Source: Blastocladiella emersonii ATCC 22665 (Eukaryota > Fungi > Blastocladiomycota). From it: a stretch of 64,000 nucleotides of DNA. The translations under genes were made by a program, and so were the position numbers. Of this stretch, positions 47,027 through 59,935 are shown piece after piece. The notes below the pieces were generated by a model that was not told the DNA's origin, ran no database searches, and saw nothing but the letters and a program-made list of their open reading frames with translations. The number at the start of each line of letters is the position of its first letter. The stretch's first letter is position 1. Where the stretch lies: NCBI GenBank assembly GCA_025594325.1, contig JANHCV010000006.1, positions 1,116,001 to 1,180,000 on the forward strand. The letters are read 5' to 3'.

Positions 47027-49635
47027 TCAGGCCATGTCCATGTCCATGTCCATCTCCATGCCCAGCGCCGTTTCAGCACGACCGACGTCCGCGTACGCGT
47101 ACTGGGCGATGCTGTCGAGCGTGTTGGCGAGGCCGTTGGTGTCGGGGCCGCGCGCCGTCTCGTAGTCGCCGTTGCCGTCCGTGTCCTCGTACACGTAGTA
47201 CTGGCCGTCGTCGGGGTTGTGCACGACCACCGTGTCGAGCACACCGTCGCCGTTCGTGTCGAGCTCGCCCGACACCAGCTTGCCGTTGCTGTACACCGTG
47301 GCCGCGTCGGTGATGCCGTCGCCCGTCAGGTCGTAGTCCGCCTGCGTGCCGTCACGGGCAGTGTGGCGGACGATCAAGTTGGTGATGCCGTCGCCCTCGA
47401 AGTCGTACCGGTTGACGCGGTACCCGTCGTTCTCGTTGACGGTCATGATCTCCTCGGCGATCCCGTCCTCGTTCATGTCGACCGTGTGCGTGTCAATCCA
47501 GTTGGCGCGGTCCATGCGCGTGTCGATCAGGCCGTCGCCGTCGTTGTCGGCGCGGCTCTCGATGGTCTGGTTGTTGCGGACGGTCGCCGAAATGTCCATG
47601 ACGCCGTCGCCGTTCTGGTCGGCCTGGCGGACGACGGTGCCGTCGTCGAACTCGAACGTGCGGTTGTCGGTGCGGCCGTTAGCGCCAAACCTTTCGGTCA
47701 CGGTCACGCCCGCCGCGTCGTCGCGCGTGACGACCGTCTCGACGAACCCGTCGCCGTCAGTGTCGGTGCGCGTCACCTTGCTGGTGAACGAATCGAAGTG
47801 CAGGCGCTCCGTCTGCGACGACAGGCCCGCGAGCGCGTCGAAACGCGGGCCTGCCTCCGGCTCGACGCGGCCGACGTCCGTGTAGGCGTACTTGGCGAAG
47901 CCGTCGATCCGGCTGGCGAGGTCGTCCGCGGCGCCGCCGGGCCCGCGCGCCGTCTCGAAGGTGCCGTCGAGGTCCGTGTCGTCGAACTTGTAGTACTTGC
48001 CGTCCTCGGGGTTGAGCACGACGCTCGTGTCGAGCTTGCCGTCGCCGTCCGTGTCGAGCGTGCCCGCCACGAGCTTGCCGTCGCGGTACGTGGTCGTCAG
48101 GTCGGCGACGCCGCCGCCCGTAATGTCGTGCTGCGTGTAGGTGGCGCCGTCGGCGTAGCGGAACACGGTCGTGTTGATCTTGCCGTCGCCCTCGAAGTCG
48201 TACTTCTCGATGGTCACGCCGTCCTGCTCGTTGCGGGTCGACGTGAACTCGGCGATCCCGTCCTCGTTCATGTCGGTCGTGTTGGTCTCGATCCCGTTCG
48301 CGTCCGTCGACATGCGGTAGTCGATCTTGCCGTCCAGGTCGTTGTCAGCGCGCGCCTCGATCACCTTGCCATTGCGGTACGTCGCCGACACGTCCATGAC
48401 GCCGTCGCCGTTGTAGTCGGCCTGCGCGACGCGCGTGCCGTCGGCGAACTCGTACACGCGGTTGTCGACCTGCCCGCTGCGCCCAATCACGTCCGTGATG
48501 GTCACGCCCGACGTCGTGTCGCGGAACACAACCGTCTCGTTGACGCCGTTGCCGTCGCGGTCGAGCTCCGTCACGGTCGTCGTGCTAATGTTGAGCTGCA
48601 CGTTTGACGCCTGCGTCGACAGACCCTCCTCCTGGCCGAAAACAATGACGTTGGGACCGCCGGGTTGCGGGGCGGCGGTCGCGCTGGCCGAGGCCGCGGC
48701 ACTGCCGTCAGGCTGAGGGAAGCCAGGAGCAACGTTGGGCGGCTGCGGGAAGCCGGGGGCCACGACGGGGGCGGCGTCGCCGCCGTCAGGCTGCGGGAAG
48801 CCGGGCGAGATGGTCGGCGGCTGCGGGAAGCCGGGAGCGACGATGGGGGCGCCGCTGCCGCCGTCGGGGTGTGGGAGAAGGGGCGCGACATCGCCGCCAC
48901 CGCTCACCACGTCGACCACGTCGTCGGCGCAGTGCGCCGCAGCGTCTGACGAGAAGGCGGGCGTGTAGATGAGCTCGGTCTGCGTGGCCGCGACCGTCGC
49001 GTTGCCCGACGGATCGGCGAGCGCGGCGGCGTCCGACCAGGTGATGCCCGGGTTCTCGCCGAGCACCGAGACGAGCGCGGCGGTGAAGGTGCTGCCCGTC
49101 TCGCCCGACGTGGGCTGCCACGTGTTGCCCGACGCGATGCACACGACGCTGCCCGTGCCGTCGAGGCACGACAGGTCAATGTCGGCGGCCACGTCAGACG
49201 CGCTGGTGTCGATGGCCATGGTGAACTTGGCGCCCTCGGGCAGCGTTGCGAGGATGTCGCGGACCTCGGCCTCGGTCACGGCGCGGTCCGACGCCTCGAT
49301 GAAGTTGCCCTCGCCCGCGGCGCCCTTGCCGGAGAAGGAGAAGAGCAGATCGTCGCCGGGCTGCGCGTTGGCGACCATGTTGCGCAGCGCGCCCACAATG
49401 TCGTCGTGCGTGACGTGGTCCTTTATGTCGGTCAGCGTGGTGACCTCCTCGATGCCCATGCCGTGGGCCACCGTGGCCATGTTCTCGGCGTCCGTGGCAA
49501 AGCCTGCCGGGCGGGGATTCCAGTCAGCGAGCGTCCTTGTGAGGCCGTGCGGCGTGGGCGGGCGGGCGGCGTACCAGCGAGGACCTGGTTCGAACCGAAA
49601 TAGTTGATCCCGACGCAAAGCGCACTGGACGGCAT
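47027..49635 (-). CDS. Pseudo-metacaspase (C14 fold, catalytic dyad lost) + PGFPQP repeats + duplicated DxDxDG repeat array; exons 49635-49575 and 49503-47027 (~845 aa)
   Basis: MPSSALCVGINYFGSNQVLAG|FATDAENM, AQPGDDLLFSFSGKG, MAIDTSASD and GSTFTAALVSVL follow the metacaspase strand order. Intron 49504-49574 (GTACGC..GCTGAC..CAG). Confidence 0.85.
48710..48845 (-). repeat. Four coding copies of [AS]PGFPQP in the linker of the pseudo-metacaspase
   Basis: VAPGFPQPPTISPGFPQPDGGDAAPVVAPGFPQPPNVAPGFPQPDG. Confidence 0.9.
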
Positions 49636-50612
49636 CGTGGAGATCTTGGAGAGGTGTGTTGGTGGAGCGGAGGTCGGCAAGCGAGAGGAAGTCGACGGCG
49701 AGCTGCGCTGAGGGAGAGACCGAGGCCGCGGGAGCCGCCCGATCTTGTAGGAAGGGACGCCGGGCGGGCTCGCGTGCCATCAGTTTGCGCGCGCGCAACC
49801 GGCTATCGGCTTGCTTGGTCAGGAGGGCGCGGCGCCACACGCGCGCTCCAGAAATCTTGAAATCTGCCGTGGAAGCCTCTCGCCTTCCTTGTTCCGCTTG
49901 CGAGCTCGGTTCGCCGGCGCTGCGGAACGTCCCACGCGGTGCGGGAGACGCTGCTGCGGATGCGGTCGGCCCCTGCTCCGGACGAACGGAAGCACCCTCA
50001 ACCCGCAGCGCTCCGCTGCGTTGCTGCGCCGCAGCTGCACCGATCGACGGTCATGGCCAAGGGTGAACGCCGGCGTGATCGGGGTCGGGGAGGTGGCGAC
50101 TTTGCTCGCGCGCCGGCCACCACCAGCCCAGCTCAGCCCAGTCGAGTGTGCGGTGCAGCATGAGCGGGTGCGCCGTCCCTGCCGATGAAGATCTCGACTT
50201 GCTCGAATCTCCTCCACGCTATGATGAACGAGCAATGATCCGGCTATGATGGCCGCCATGCCGCAACACAAATCGTAACTTTTCATCGTCGCGTTCGAAG
50301 GCAGCGATACATACTGTGCGATGTGTCTATTCCTCGCACTCTCGCACTCACAAACCGCCTTGCGAGCGCCGGCCGCAAAGACGAAGTCGGCCGCCCCGCC
50401 CTGTCACTTCCATCACCACGCGTTGCGCCACACTGACCGCTGTTGCGTGCGTTAATGCGGCTCCTGATGGAACGGTTGCTCGACCTAGGTCGCACTGCAC
50501 GGCCAGCCGCGGCGAACCCGCTCGGACCCAACGAGCGAGCGGGCGGACACGACGAGGTTCGAAGGGGAAACATCTATTCAGACTCGATCAATCAATACAC
50601 TCGCTCGCCGGC

Positions 50613-53600
50613 TCACAGCTGCATCGTGAACTCGCCGGGCTGCGGGACCTGGAGGAGCTGTTCGAGCTCGGACGCGGACATCTGCTGCTGCTGCTGCTGC
50701 GGCCGCGGCGGACCCGGCTCGCCCGCGTCCTGCTGCTGCTGCTGCTGGCCGAACACCGCCGCCGCCGCCGCGCTGCCACCCGCGCCGACCATCGGCAGAC
50801 TAAAGTCGTTGGCTCCGGGCATCGCCATCATGGCCGAGATCGCCGCCGCGGCCGACGACGTCGACGCCGCCTGCTGCGGGAGCTGCTGCGGCGGTAGTGG
50901 TGGGGAGATACTCGTGCTCGCCGCACCCGCCGAGTGGTTGTGGCGACCGAGCGCGTTTTCGGGTGACCGGCTCGCCCCCGACCCCTGATGCTGCTGCTGC
51001 TGCTGCTGGATGAACTGCTGCGGCTGCGATCCCAGGGCCGGCGACGGCATGCCCATGGACATGGACATGGACGCGAGCACCTGGCTGGTCAGGGCCGGGG
51101 GCATTTGAAAACCCGACGACGAGGTGGGCTGCTGCGACTGCGACTGCGACAGGTGGGCGAGGCCGAGCGCGGATCCCGACGCGTCCGGGTTGCGCGAGAA
51201 CAGGTCGACCTGCGCCGCGAGCTCGGCGACCGTTGGCGCGCCGAACGTCGTGTTGAAGGCGGTCGGGAGCGACAGGCCCGCGAGCTGGAACGTGTCGCCG
51301 CCACCACCACCGCCGCCGGGCGTCGAGGTCACCGGCTGCTGCTGCGGCATGGTGTTGAACGGGGTGCCGCCGTGCTGCTGGTGATGCTGCGAGTGGTGCG
51401 AATGCGTATGCTGGTGTGGGTGGTCGAGGTACGACCCGTCGCGCTGCGACGGCACGACAACCGTGACGCTGGCGAGCGCGGCCGCCGCAGCAGCCTGGCG
51501 CTTCTGGGCGAGGATCCCGCGGAGCTGCTTGACGATCGCTTCGATACGCAGCAGGTCGTCGGCGACGATCCAGAAATCCCGCCGCACACGCAACAGCGCG
51601 TTCTCGAACCACGCAATCACGGTATCGAGCGCCGGGTACGCGGCCTCGATATTCCCACCCGCGGCCGCACCAGGTTCACGCGTCATAGCGGGACACGCGC
51701 ACACGGGTGCGGCGTCGATGTGGCCCTCGGTGACGAGCGACAGGGCGAACTCGGCGACGACGCGCAGGATCCACGACACGGGCGGCGCCGAGTGGACGGG
51801 CGCAACGGCCGTGACGACGCGCACCATGTGCCACCGCTCGCGCGGGCATGTCTCGATGTACATGGACGCGTTGAAGAAGACAAAGTTGCCGAACAGCCAC
51901 CAGCAGATGGCCTCGCGCGGCAGCCGCGAGATCAGCGCCGTCGTCCATGCGGGGTCCGGGTGGTCGATCGCGTGCCACCCGTGCGCTGCCGCGCGCCACG
52001 CGCGCGCCGCGCGGTGCAGCGAGCCCAGGCTGTCGCCCATGGACGACATGCCCTGCGCGGGGGTTGCCGTGACGCCCGCGATGCTCGGTGGCGGGGCACC
52101 CGGCCCAGCTCCACCCGCGGCAGCAGCGGCAGAGTCGGCGACCGAGGTCGCCGACGCGGTATCAGGTTCGGGTCGACCGAGCGGCTCGTCGGGGCGCGAC
52201 CGCGCGAGTCGCTGCTGTCGGCGCCACTCGTCGCGGATCCAGACCTCGATGCGGCACAGGAGCGTGATGGCGCCGAGGAACCCGGCGTGGAGGACGGACG
52301 TCTGGAGCGGTGCGCCAGGGATATCGGGGAACCGGGGCGCGGGCGGGAGCTGCTCGATGGCCTCGAGCGAGAGCTGCGGCGTGGCGCACACGGGCCCGGC
52401 CGTGTTGAGGACGGCGGCGAGGCGGTCAAGCGCGTACCCGGTCCAGAACAGGCGGCTCAAGATCTCGTCGGAGAAGGGCGCGGGCGGGGACAGGTGGCGG
52501 TTGTTGCTGTAGTCGCGGTTGGCGAGGCTGGTCAGGGCCTGCGCGGCCATGCTCATGCACATGTACCCCGCGGCCATGTGGTTGCGGAAGTAGTAGAACA
52601 TGGCGAGCAGCTCGAGCGCCATGCACTCGTGGATGCCCATGGCGACCGACGACGCGATCCGCGGCATGATCATGGCGTGCGCCCGCTCCGCCAGCTTGTC
52701 GGGGCGCGGCGCGAACAGCAGGTCCGTCTTGGACTTGCCCGAGCCCGCGCTCGCTGCGCTGGTCGCACTCGCTGGCGACGTCGGCTGCTGGTCGGCGCTG
52801 TTGCTGGAACCCGCGCCAGTGGCAGCGGCAGCAGACGGAGGTGCCGGGTGCGCCGGGTTGGGTAGCGGGCCGCCACCAGGGACCATGAGGTACAGCGACG
52901 TGACGGCGAACAGCGCGTAGAGCAGGTACGCGGGCACCTTGCCGGCAGCGAGATCGGCGCGAAACTCCTGCTCGGTGAAGACGGGAACGAGCGGGTAAAA
53001 GTGCGTGAAGAAGGTGGAGAGGTGGATGTCGAGGTGTGCCGCGGGCAGCGTGGCGAGATCCACGAGCTGCGCGGCCGCAGCCGTCTCGGCAGAGGGCCCA
53101 TCGGCGCGGACGTCCGGGTTGAGAATGTCCTGGCCGGGGAACTTGTACGGGCGCGGGGCGGGCCCGACACTCGCAATCGGCGGCGGCGGGGGCGGTGGTG
53201 GCGGAGGCGGCGGAGGCGAGGGTCGGCGGCCGACGTTGGTGAGACGGGCCTCGATGGCGACGCCCTGGTCCGTGTAGATGCGGTCGACCGAGTCGCCCGA
53301 CCCGCCGCTGCCGGGCGGCGCGTGGTACGGCGGCTGCTGCCACTGCTGCAGCTGCTGGAGGTGGTGCTGCGGCGGCTGGCGCGTGGCGGCAAACGAGACC
53401 GGCGAGTCGACGGGCGTCGGGACCATGCCCATGGCGCCGCCGAGCGCGGGGTCGCTCGCGGATCCGTCGTCATGCTGCGTGCGCGCGCGTTTGCGGGCGC
53501 CGGGCGGGGCGGCGGCGGACAGGCTGCCGTTGGCCAGTGGTGGGACCTGGACCGGGTGGTTGAGGATGGGCAGGGATCCACCGCCGCCGTTTCCGTTTCC

Positions 53601-54298
53601 GCCTGCGCCGGCGTAGTTCTGGAACGGATCGAGATGGGCACCGGGCGCCGACGACTGGGTCTCGAGGAGGTGCGGGATACTCGCGGCGTGCGGGTGGTGC
53701 TGGTGATTCTGGTGCTGCTGCGGGTAGAAGCCGTGACCGGCGGGATGCTGGAGCTGCGGATGGTGGTGCTGCGGCGGCGGACCAAAGAGCTGTTGCTGCT
53801 GCTGCTGCGTCAGGGCAGCAATGGCGTCGTAGTGGCTCGAGACGGACGGCGGCGTATGCTTGGCCTTGCCGGCCGGCCTCGCCGCGCGCGAGGCGGACGC
53901 CGGCGGGGCGCTGGGCTCGCCCGGGCGGCGTTTCGGCCCGCGCTTCTTCTCGACGCCGTACACGCAGTCCTCGCCGAAGCCAACGCAGCTACACGGTCAT
54001 CGTCGTGAGCCTGTGTTGCGATCGCGGGAGCGTCGGAGAGTTCAGCGTACCGCTCACAGGGTCGGTTCCCGTCGCAGCGCTTCTTGCGGCGCTGGCAGCC
54101 GAGGCACGCCTTGGCCATGCGGCTCTCGGACAGGTCGGCGTCGGTCGGCTGCTGCTGCAGCTGGATCGCGGCGGTGGCGGGCGAGTCGCCGCCTCCGCCG
54201 CCGCCAGTGCTCAGTGCGCCGGTCGACGACTGCGCCGAGACCGAGGCCGACGATGACGCATTGGTGTTGCTGCCGGTGGCAGCGTCGATTGAATCCAT
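50613..54298 (-). CDS. Zn(II)2Cys6 fungal transcription factor with middle homology region; exons 54298-54051 and 53988-50613 (~1207 aa)
   Basis: Spliced CLGCQRRKKRCDGNRPCER|CVGFGEDCVY; HLSTFFTHFYPLVPVFTEQEF, YLLYALFAV and RLFWTGYALDR (Fungal_trans-like); intron 53989-54050. Confidence 0.93.
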
Positions 54299-54641
54299 GG
54301 GTGGGTCGGGAAGCGCAGAGATCCGCCCGCCGAGCACGGGGCGGCCGAGTTCACGTCGGGCGGGCGGCGCGCGCGCGGTGTTGGGCGGGAGACGCGAGGA
54401 GGGCGACGGCAGCCGTGTGCACCAAGTCGCGGGACGAGATGGGTGACGCGTGCGCCCAGAGTATCATGGACGGGGAGCAATGGAGGAGGAGTGGGGGTGG
54501 CTTTCATCAAGGGCGGGCGCCGACCGCATGCGGCGGGGCCGCCAGCATGAAAGTTCAGCTTGGCCCTGCGTGGGCCCTGCCGGGCGCGACGATCATGCAA
54601 TGACGAGGATTGTATGGCTGCGCCACGCTGCGCGCTACGCG

Positions 54642-57600
54642 TTACACAACCTCCCCTGGCCTTGGTGGCGGCGGCGGAGAGACCGCGGCGGCGAAGGCGG
54701 CGGCCCGCCCCTTTCCGCCGCCGCCGTCGTTAGCTCCTCCGCCGCCTCCGCCGCTTCCGCGCTGCCCTCCGCCGCCCTTCCGTGGCGGCGCCACGCGCGG
54801 GACGAACGCGTCGGCCTTGGTGCTCGCGCCGCCAAAGTCGACGTGCAGCGGGACGCCGAACCGGATGAGGTGCCCGACGAGGTCGCGGTCGAGGCACACG
54901 TCGGCCGCGGACTTGTCGCCTCCGACGGCGCGCCCGCCCGCGACCACCGTGGCGCGCGGGAACACGGGCGGGAACGCCGTCGACTCGCGCGCGAGTGCCG
55001 CGCGGCGCCGGACCGCCTGCTCGACGAGATCGGGCCTTGCCACGGGCACCGCGTCCTGCACCTCGACCACGGACTGGTACAGCGCGCCGATGCGCGACTG
55101 CGACAGGTCCCACTCGAACTTGATAGGCGGCGGCGGGGTCTTGGCGCGCTCGGCTTTCGCGGTGGGTGCGGCGGGGTTGAGCGGGGCGAGCGGCGACTGC
55201 GCTTTGCCCGGGGACGTCGGTATCGGGAGCACCGCGGGCGTCGCGGGACACGACGTGGTGGCCGGGGCGATGGCGCTGACGCTGACGCCGTCCGGGATCG
55301 GGAGCGCGTCAACAGCAGCGCCCGGCCGGAGCAGCGAGAAGAGCTGCGTCTCGCTCGCCGCCGCGCTGCTGGCCGCCGTGGAGACGGCCGCGGCTTGGAT
55401 CGATGCGCGCCGCGAGGCGCCCGGTGCGCGGGCGAGGATGGACGCGCGCCGCGACGCGATCGAGTTCTTGCGGATCGTCGTGATCCACTTGAGCGGCTGC
55501 TCGTCGGCCAGGTCGCCGAGCTCGTCGTCTTCTTCCTCGAGCATGGTCCCGTCCACGCTCATGCGCCGCTTGGGCTCCGTCTTGAGGAGCGTCTCGCCCG
55601 AGTACGTCTCGAGCACTGGGTCGGTCGCTGCCGCGTTGGTTGTCGTCTCCTCCTCGGCGAGCTCGTCCTCTTCGCCCTCGGGCAGCGGCGGGAGGTGCGC
55701 AAACTCGTCGCCGTCGTCGTCCTCGTCGTCAGCATCGCTGCCCGCGCTCGCGCTCCTGCGTCGCCGCCCGCCGCCGCGACTGGCGCGCCGCTTGTGTCCT
55801 TGCCACTCGAGAGTCGGGTCCGACGGCTCGTTGCCGCTCTCGCCTTGTAGCGGTGGTGCTGGATCCGAGCCCGCTTCGCCCGGCGTCACGACAACGCCCG
55901 GGACCCCGTCGTCCACCGCCGACGCCGTCCTCGGCTCTTCGTGCGCCGCGAGGGACGCCGGCAACCCCGTGAGCACACCTCCGCCCCCGCCACCCGTCCT
56001 CCGCTTCGCCGCCACGCCCTCGAGCTTCCTCGCCGCAACCTCCTCAGGCGACGGCCCATCAATCACCTGCTTGGCGTACACCTCCATCTGCCGCCGGCGG
56101 GACTGGATGAGCTTGACCGTCTCGTTGGGCACGCGCCGCGCGCCGATCACGTCCATCTTGGGCAGCCCGCCGAGCATCGCCGCCATGCGCGCACCGAGCC
56201 CGTACCCGAGCCCCGCGAGGTGCCGCCCGGCGTTGCGCGACGCCAGCTCGGACGTCTGGGTGCGCGATCGCCGCGGCGCGTGGGGGTGGTGGGAAGACGA
56301 GGTGTCGAGGGTGAACTTGGACTTGGGCACCGTGTCGCCGTGCCCGCGCAGCGTCGTCGCCGCGAACGTGTGGTCCGCGGCCGCGTGCGCTTCGTCGTCG
56401 TCGGTCGTCGCTGAGATGAGCGAGGACGCCGCCGGCGCGGGGGCGGCGGTGCCGTCGAGGGTCTGGGTGAGCCACGCCGTGGTCGGCGCGGGCGGAGGGC
56501 TCGCGTCCTGCGGTAACTTCGCGACGTGGCTCAGCAGGTCGTCGCGCGACGAGAACTGCTCGAGCACCGCGTCTAGTCGCTTGAGTACTGAGTCGTCGAA
56601 CAGGACGTCCAGGTCGGCGGTTGGTTCCAGGTCGCCGAGCTCGCCCAGATCTACACGGATCCCCGCGTCAGTCGTGGCCATCGTGTAGAGTCGCATGCAC
56701 GACGTACCCTCGAGATCGCTATCCTCGCCCGCACCCTTCTTCTCGTCAGGCGGTGTATGCAGGTCCCGCCTGCCGCGGATAAAGTCCACAATCCGGCGGA
56801 CCCGGTGCGCGCGCCAAACCGCCTGGATCCGCGTCGCCGCCGCGGCCCTCCTCCGCTCCTCGGCCAACGCCTTACGGACGCGGTAATCGCGGAACGCGCG
56901 CTGAATGAGGACCGCGCCGACGATCGCGCGGCCGACCCAGTGGCGGACGAGGAACCCGCGGCACTGCGCCTGGAACCGCGTCATGTGCAGCGGCGCGAAC
57001 GCGTCGAACAACTTCCCCCGCGCAGCGTGGTACACGGCGTGCGAGCAGTCGGGCAGGTTGCCGTCCAGGCACAGCCGGCACAGCGCCGTCAGCTGGCTGT
57101 ACGCGTGTGCCTCGCGCATCGCGGCCGCGGCGGCGGCGTCGGGGCCTTGGTCTGCGTCATCGTCGGCGGGAGGGACGGTCGTGGTGGCCGCGGGTGCGAC
57201 ACCGTCGGCGGCCGTGGGTGGCGGGTCCTTTTGCTCGGACGGCGAGTTGGACAGGATCTGCATCACGTCGCGGAAGTACACGTGGATGTCGCCCATTTTC
57301 TACACGGCCCACGCTCGTGTCAGTGGCCGCGGTCCGTGGCCGAGTGACGAAGCGTACAATCGCGAGCTGTGCCGCGTCGTTCAGAACCTGCTCGAGCATC
57401 TCAGCGTCGCCCGGCCTACCCATTGCGCCCATCCGTGAGCCATCATCCAGTCCACTCGAGCGAGATCAACGCACCGAACCGGGTCCTTGACCTTGTTGTA
57501 CCGGCCGTACAGCGCGCCGAGGAGGACGCGGTACAGCAGCCCGTTGTGGTTATCGCCGGCGACCTGGCGCTCGGCGACGACGCCGTCGAGGTCCAGCCAC

Positions 57601-59704
57601 GGCAGGAACGACGACACGATCCACTGGTCGGGCGACGTTGCGACCTGGTTGCCGTCGAGCGGGACCAGCTTGAGCTCCGTGCAGGTGACGAGCGACAGGA
57701 GCTCGCGGACGGCTAGCGTGTGGGAGTGTCAGGTCGCGATGGATGGAGGGTGGCGAGGGTGATTGAGCGTACCGTGGACGCGGTTGTTGCGCAGCGACAG
57801 GCGCTCGAGCATCGGGCAGTTGTCGAGCGGCCAGATGGTCTGGATCCCGTTGTCGTCGGCGAGGAGCGTCTGGAGCAGCGGGAGCCAGGTGGCCACGGCG
57901 AGCTCGCTACACGCGCGCGGCCATCGTCGTCAGTCATCACTCCCTCCACCTCAGCGACACGAATGCGTACGTGAGCCGGTTGGCCGATACGTCGAGGTAG
58001 TTGAGCACAGGTAGATTGAGCTCCGGGATGCGCTCAAGCGCGCAGTGGGACAGGTTGAGGACGACGAGGAAGAAGAACTGCGCTGGCAAGTCGACCGTCT
58101 TGAGCATCGGGTTGTGCGAGAGGTCGAGCCACATGAGTCCGGACAGGTCGTCGAGGATCCGCGTGTTGGTGATCTGGTTGCTGCGCAGGTTGAGGATCTT
58201 GAGCTTGGGCGCCTGGTTGAGGAACTCGATATCGCGGATCCGGTTCTCGGACAGGTCGATGGCGTACGTGTTGGAGTTGCGCTCGAGCCCGCGCACCTCG
58301 TCGACGCCGAGCCGCGACGCGCCCACGAGCTTGAGGTTATCGAACCCAGAGATATCCAGCTCCATGGCGGTCGTCGGCCGGTCCTCGCCGTTCCTGACCG
58401 CGACCGCCACGGGCTTGACCGTGCTCGCCGCGCTGCTCCGGATATCCACGTGCCACGCGCGCGCGCTCGGCGCGCGGTTCGCCCGGTCGCGCTTCTCGCG
58501 GTCGCGCCGCGCCGCCTCGTCGCGCTCATCGATCATCCGCCGCAGCGTCGCCCCGCGGTCGAGCTCGCGCCGGTATGCCGCCTCGAGACCCAGCACCGCC
58601 CGCTCCGTCTCGAGCAGCCGCGCCTGCAGCGGGCCGAGCGCGGTGCGCGCCTCGTGCGTGCGCGTGTTGGCCGCGGCGGCCACGGCGCGCGCCGTCTTCG
58701 ACCCCTGCACCGCCCCGTCGCGCAGTTTGCGCAAGGCGGCCGCCATGTACGCGGCGCGCAGCGTGTACGCCGTGGTCCGGTCGCGCTCGGCCTCGAGCCG
58801 CACGCGCAGGTGCGTCTCGGCCGCGTCCGTCAGCGTGTTGAGCTCGCGCCGGCGCGTGTGGAACTTGGTCGTCGCCTCGTGCGACGCGCGCCGCTCGGCG
58901 GCGAGAAGGAGGGACGCTTGCTCGACCTTGAACACGCGCTCGCTACGGAGTTGCGACGCCGCGATGATCTCGGGCGTCAGCTGGTCGATGACGCGCATCA
59001 GTTCCTCCTACACGGTCATGCAGGGTTAGATCGGGTCACGGTGATGCGGCGAGAGAGTGTCGTACCTCGTGCTTGCCGTGGTGCTTGACTGGCCGCGCCT
59101 CGATGACAGGCTCGCTGGCGTTGGCCGGCTCCGTCCACGCCGACGCGCTTAGCGGTCGTATTGGTTCACCCTCGGGCGACGCCGACCGCTGCCGATCTTG
59201 CGCAGGTACCGGTGGTGGCGGCTCTCCGACGACCGCCACGGCTTGAGCCGGATCGCTCGGTGCAGGAACCACGGCCTCCTCGGCAATCGTATCGAGGTCC
59301 GCAGACCGCCGCTCCGGGCTCTGCTTCACCGGCTCGGGCTGCGGCGCCGGCGTCGCGTTCATGGCGGCGCGCCGAAGCTCGAGGTCGATGAGCTCCTGCG
59401 TCTCGTCGTCGACCTCCGAGTCGGATGACAGGTCGTAGTCGGGCGGCTCGCTCTCGTCACCCGCGTCCTCGTCGGGTGGTGGCAGTTCCTCGGGTGGCAG
59501 ATCATGGATTGCGTGGACAGCGGGCGAGTCGAGCCGCGTCGGTGGCCCGTGGTCCGACGAAAACGGGTACAGCGAGTCCGTCGTTGGGGCGGGACTCGAG
59601 GCCGTGTGCGAGTACAGCGAGTCCGCCGCGGCCGCGGCGGCGGGACTCGAGGCCGGGCGCAGCAGCTCATCTGGCGCCGGGGTTACATGTTCGCCTGCTT
59701 CCAT
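54642..59704 (-). CDS. LRR- and IQ-motif protein (LRRIQ1/Cep97-like), multi-exon; introns 59008-59065, 57907-57970, 57713-57772 and at least two more near 57300-57480
   Basis: LRRs IDLSENRIRDIEFL, LKILNLRSNQIT, LMWLDLSHN, LNYLDVSANRL, LERLSLRNNRV; IQ motifs FQAQCRGFLVR, IQRAFRDYRVR, IQAVWRAHRVR; N-terminal coiled coil. Exact exon joins near 57400-57480 are unresolved. Confidence 0.8.
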
Positions 59705-59935
59705 GGCGGTGGTGGTACATTTGCATTGGCCGAGCAGCAGGCGGATAGCGAGGTCGCGAGGCAACGGCCGTGTGGCGCGGCGCGGTGCCGCGACGCGACG
59801 CGTGCCGAAAAATGTCTCGCGGCAAGTCACCTGACGCTTGAGACGCGCATTCACCTAGTTTGTCCCGCGCTCGCGCGATAGCCACACGAATCAGCGGATG
59901 CAGTTTATGTGACATGATGAAACGACTCGATGCAA

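Noticed and set aside
47060-48590. EF-hand call for the DxDxDG repeats
   Set aside because: The flanks are beta-strand-like (T/V/Y-rich) with no helix-loop-helix pattern and no consistent Glu at loop position 12.
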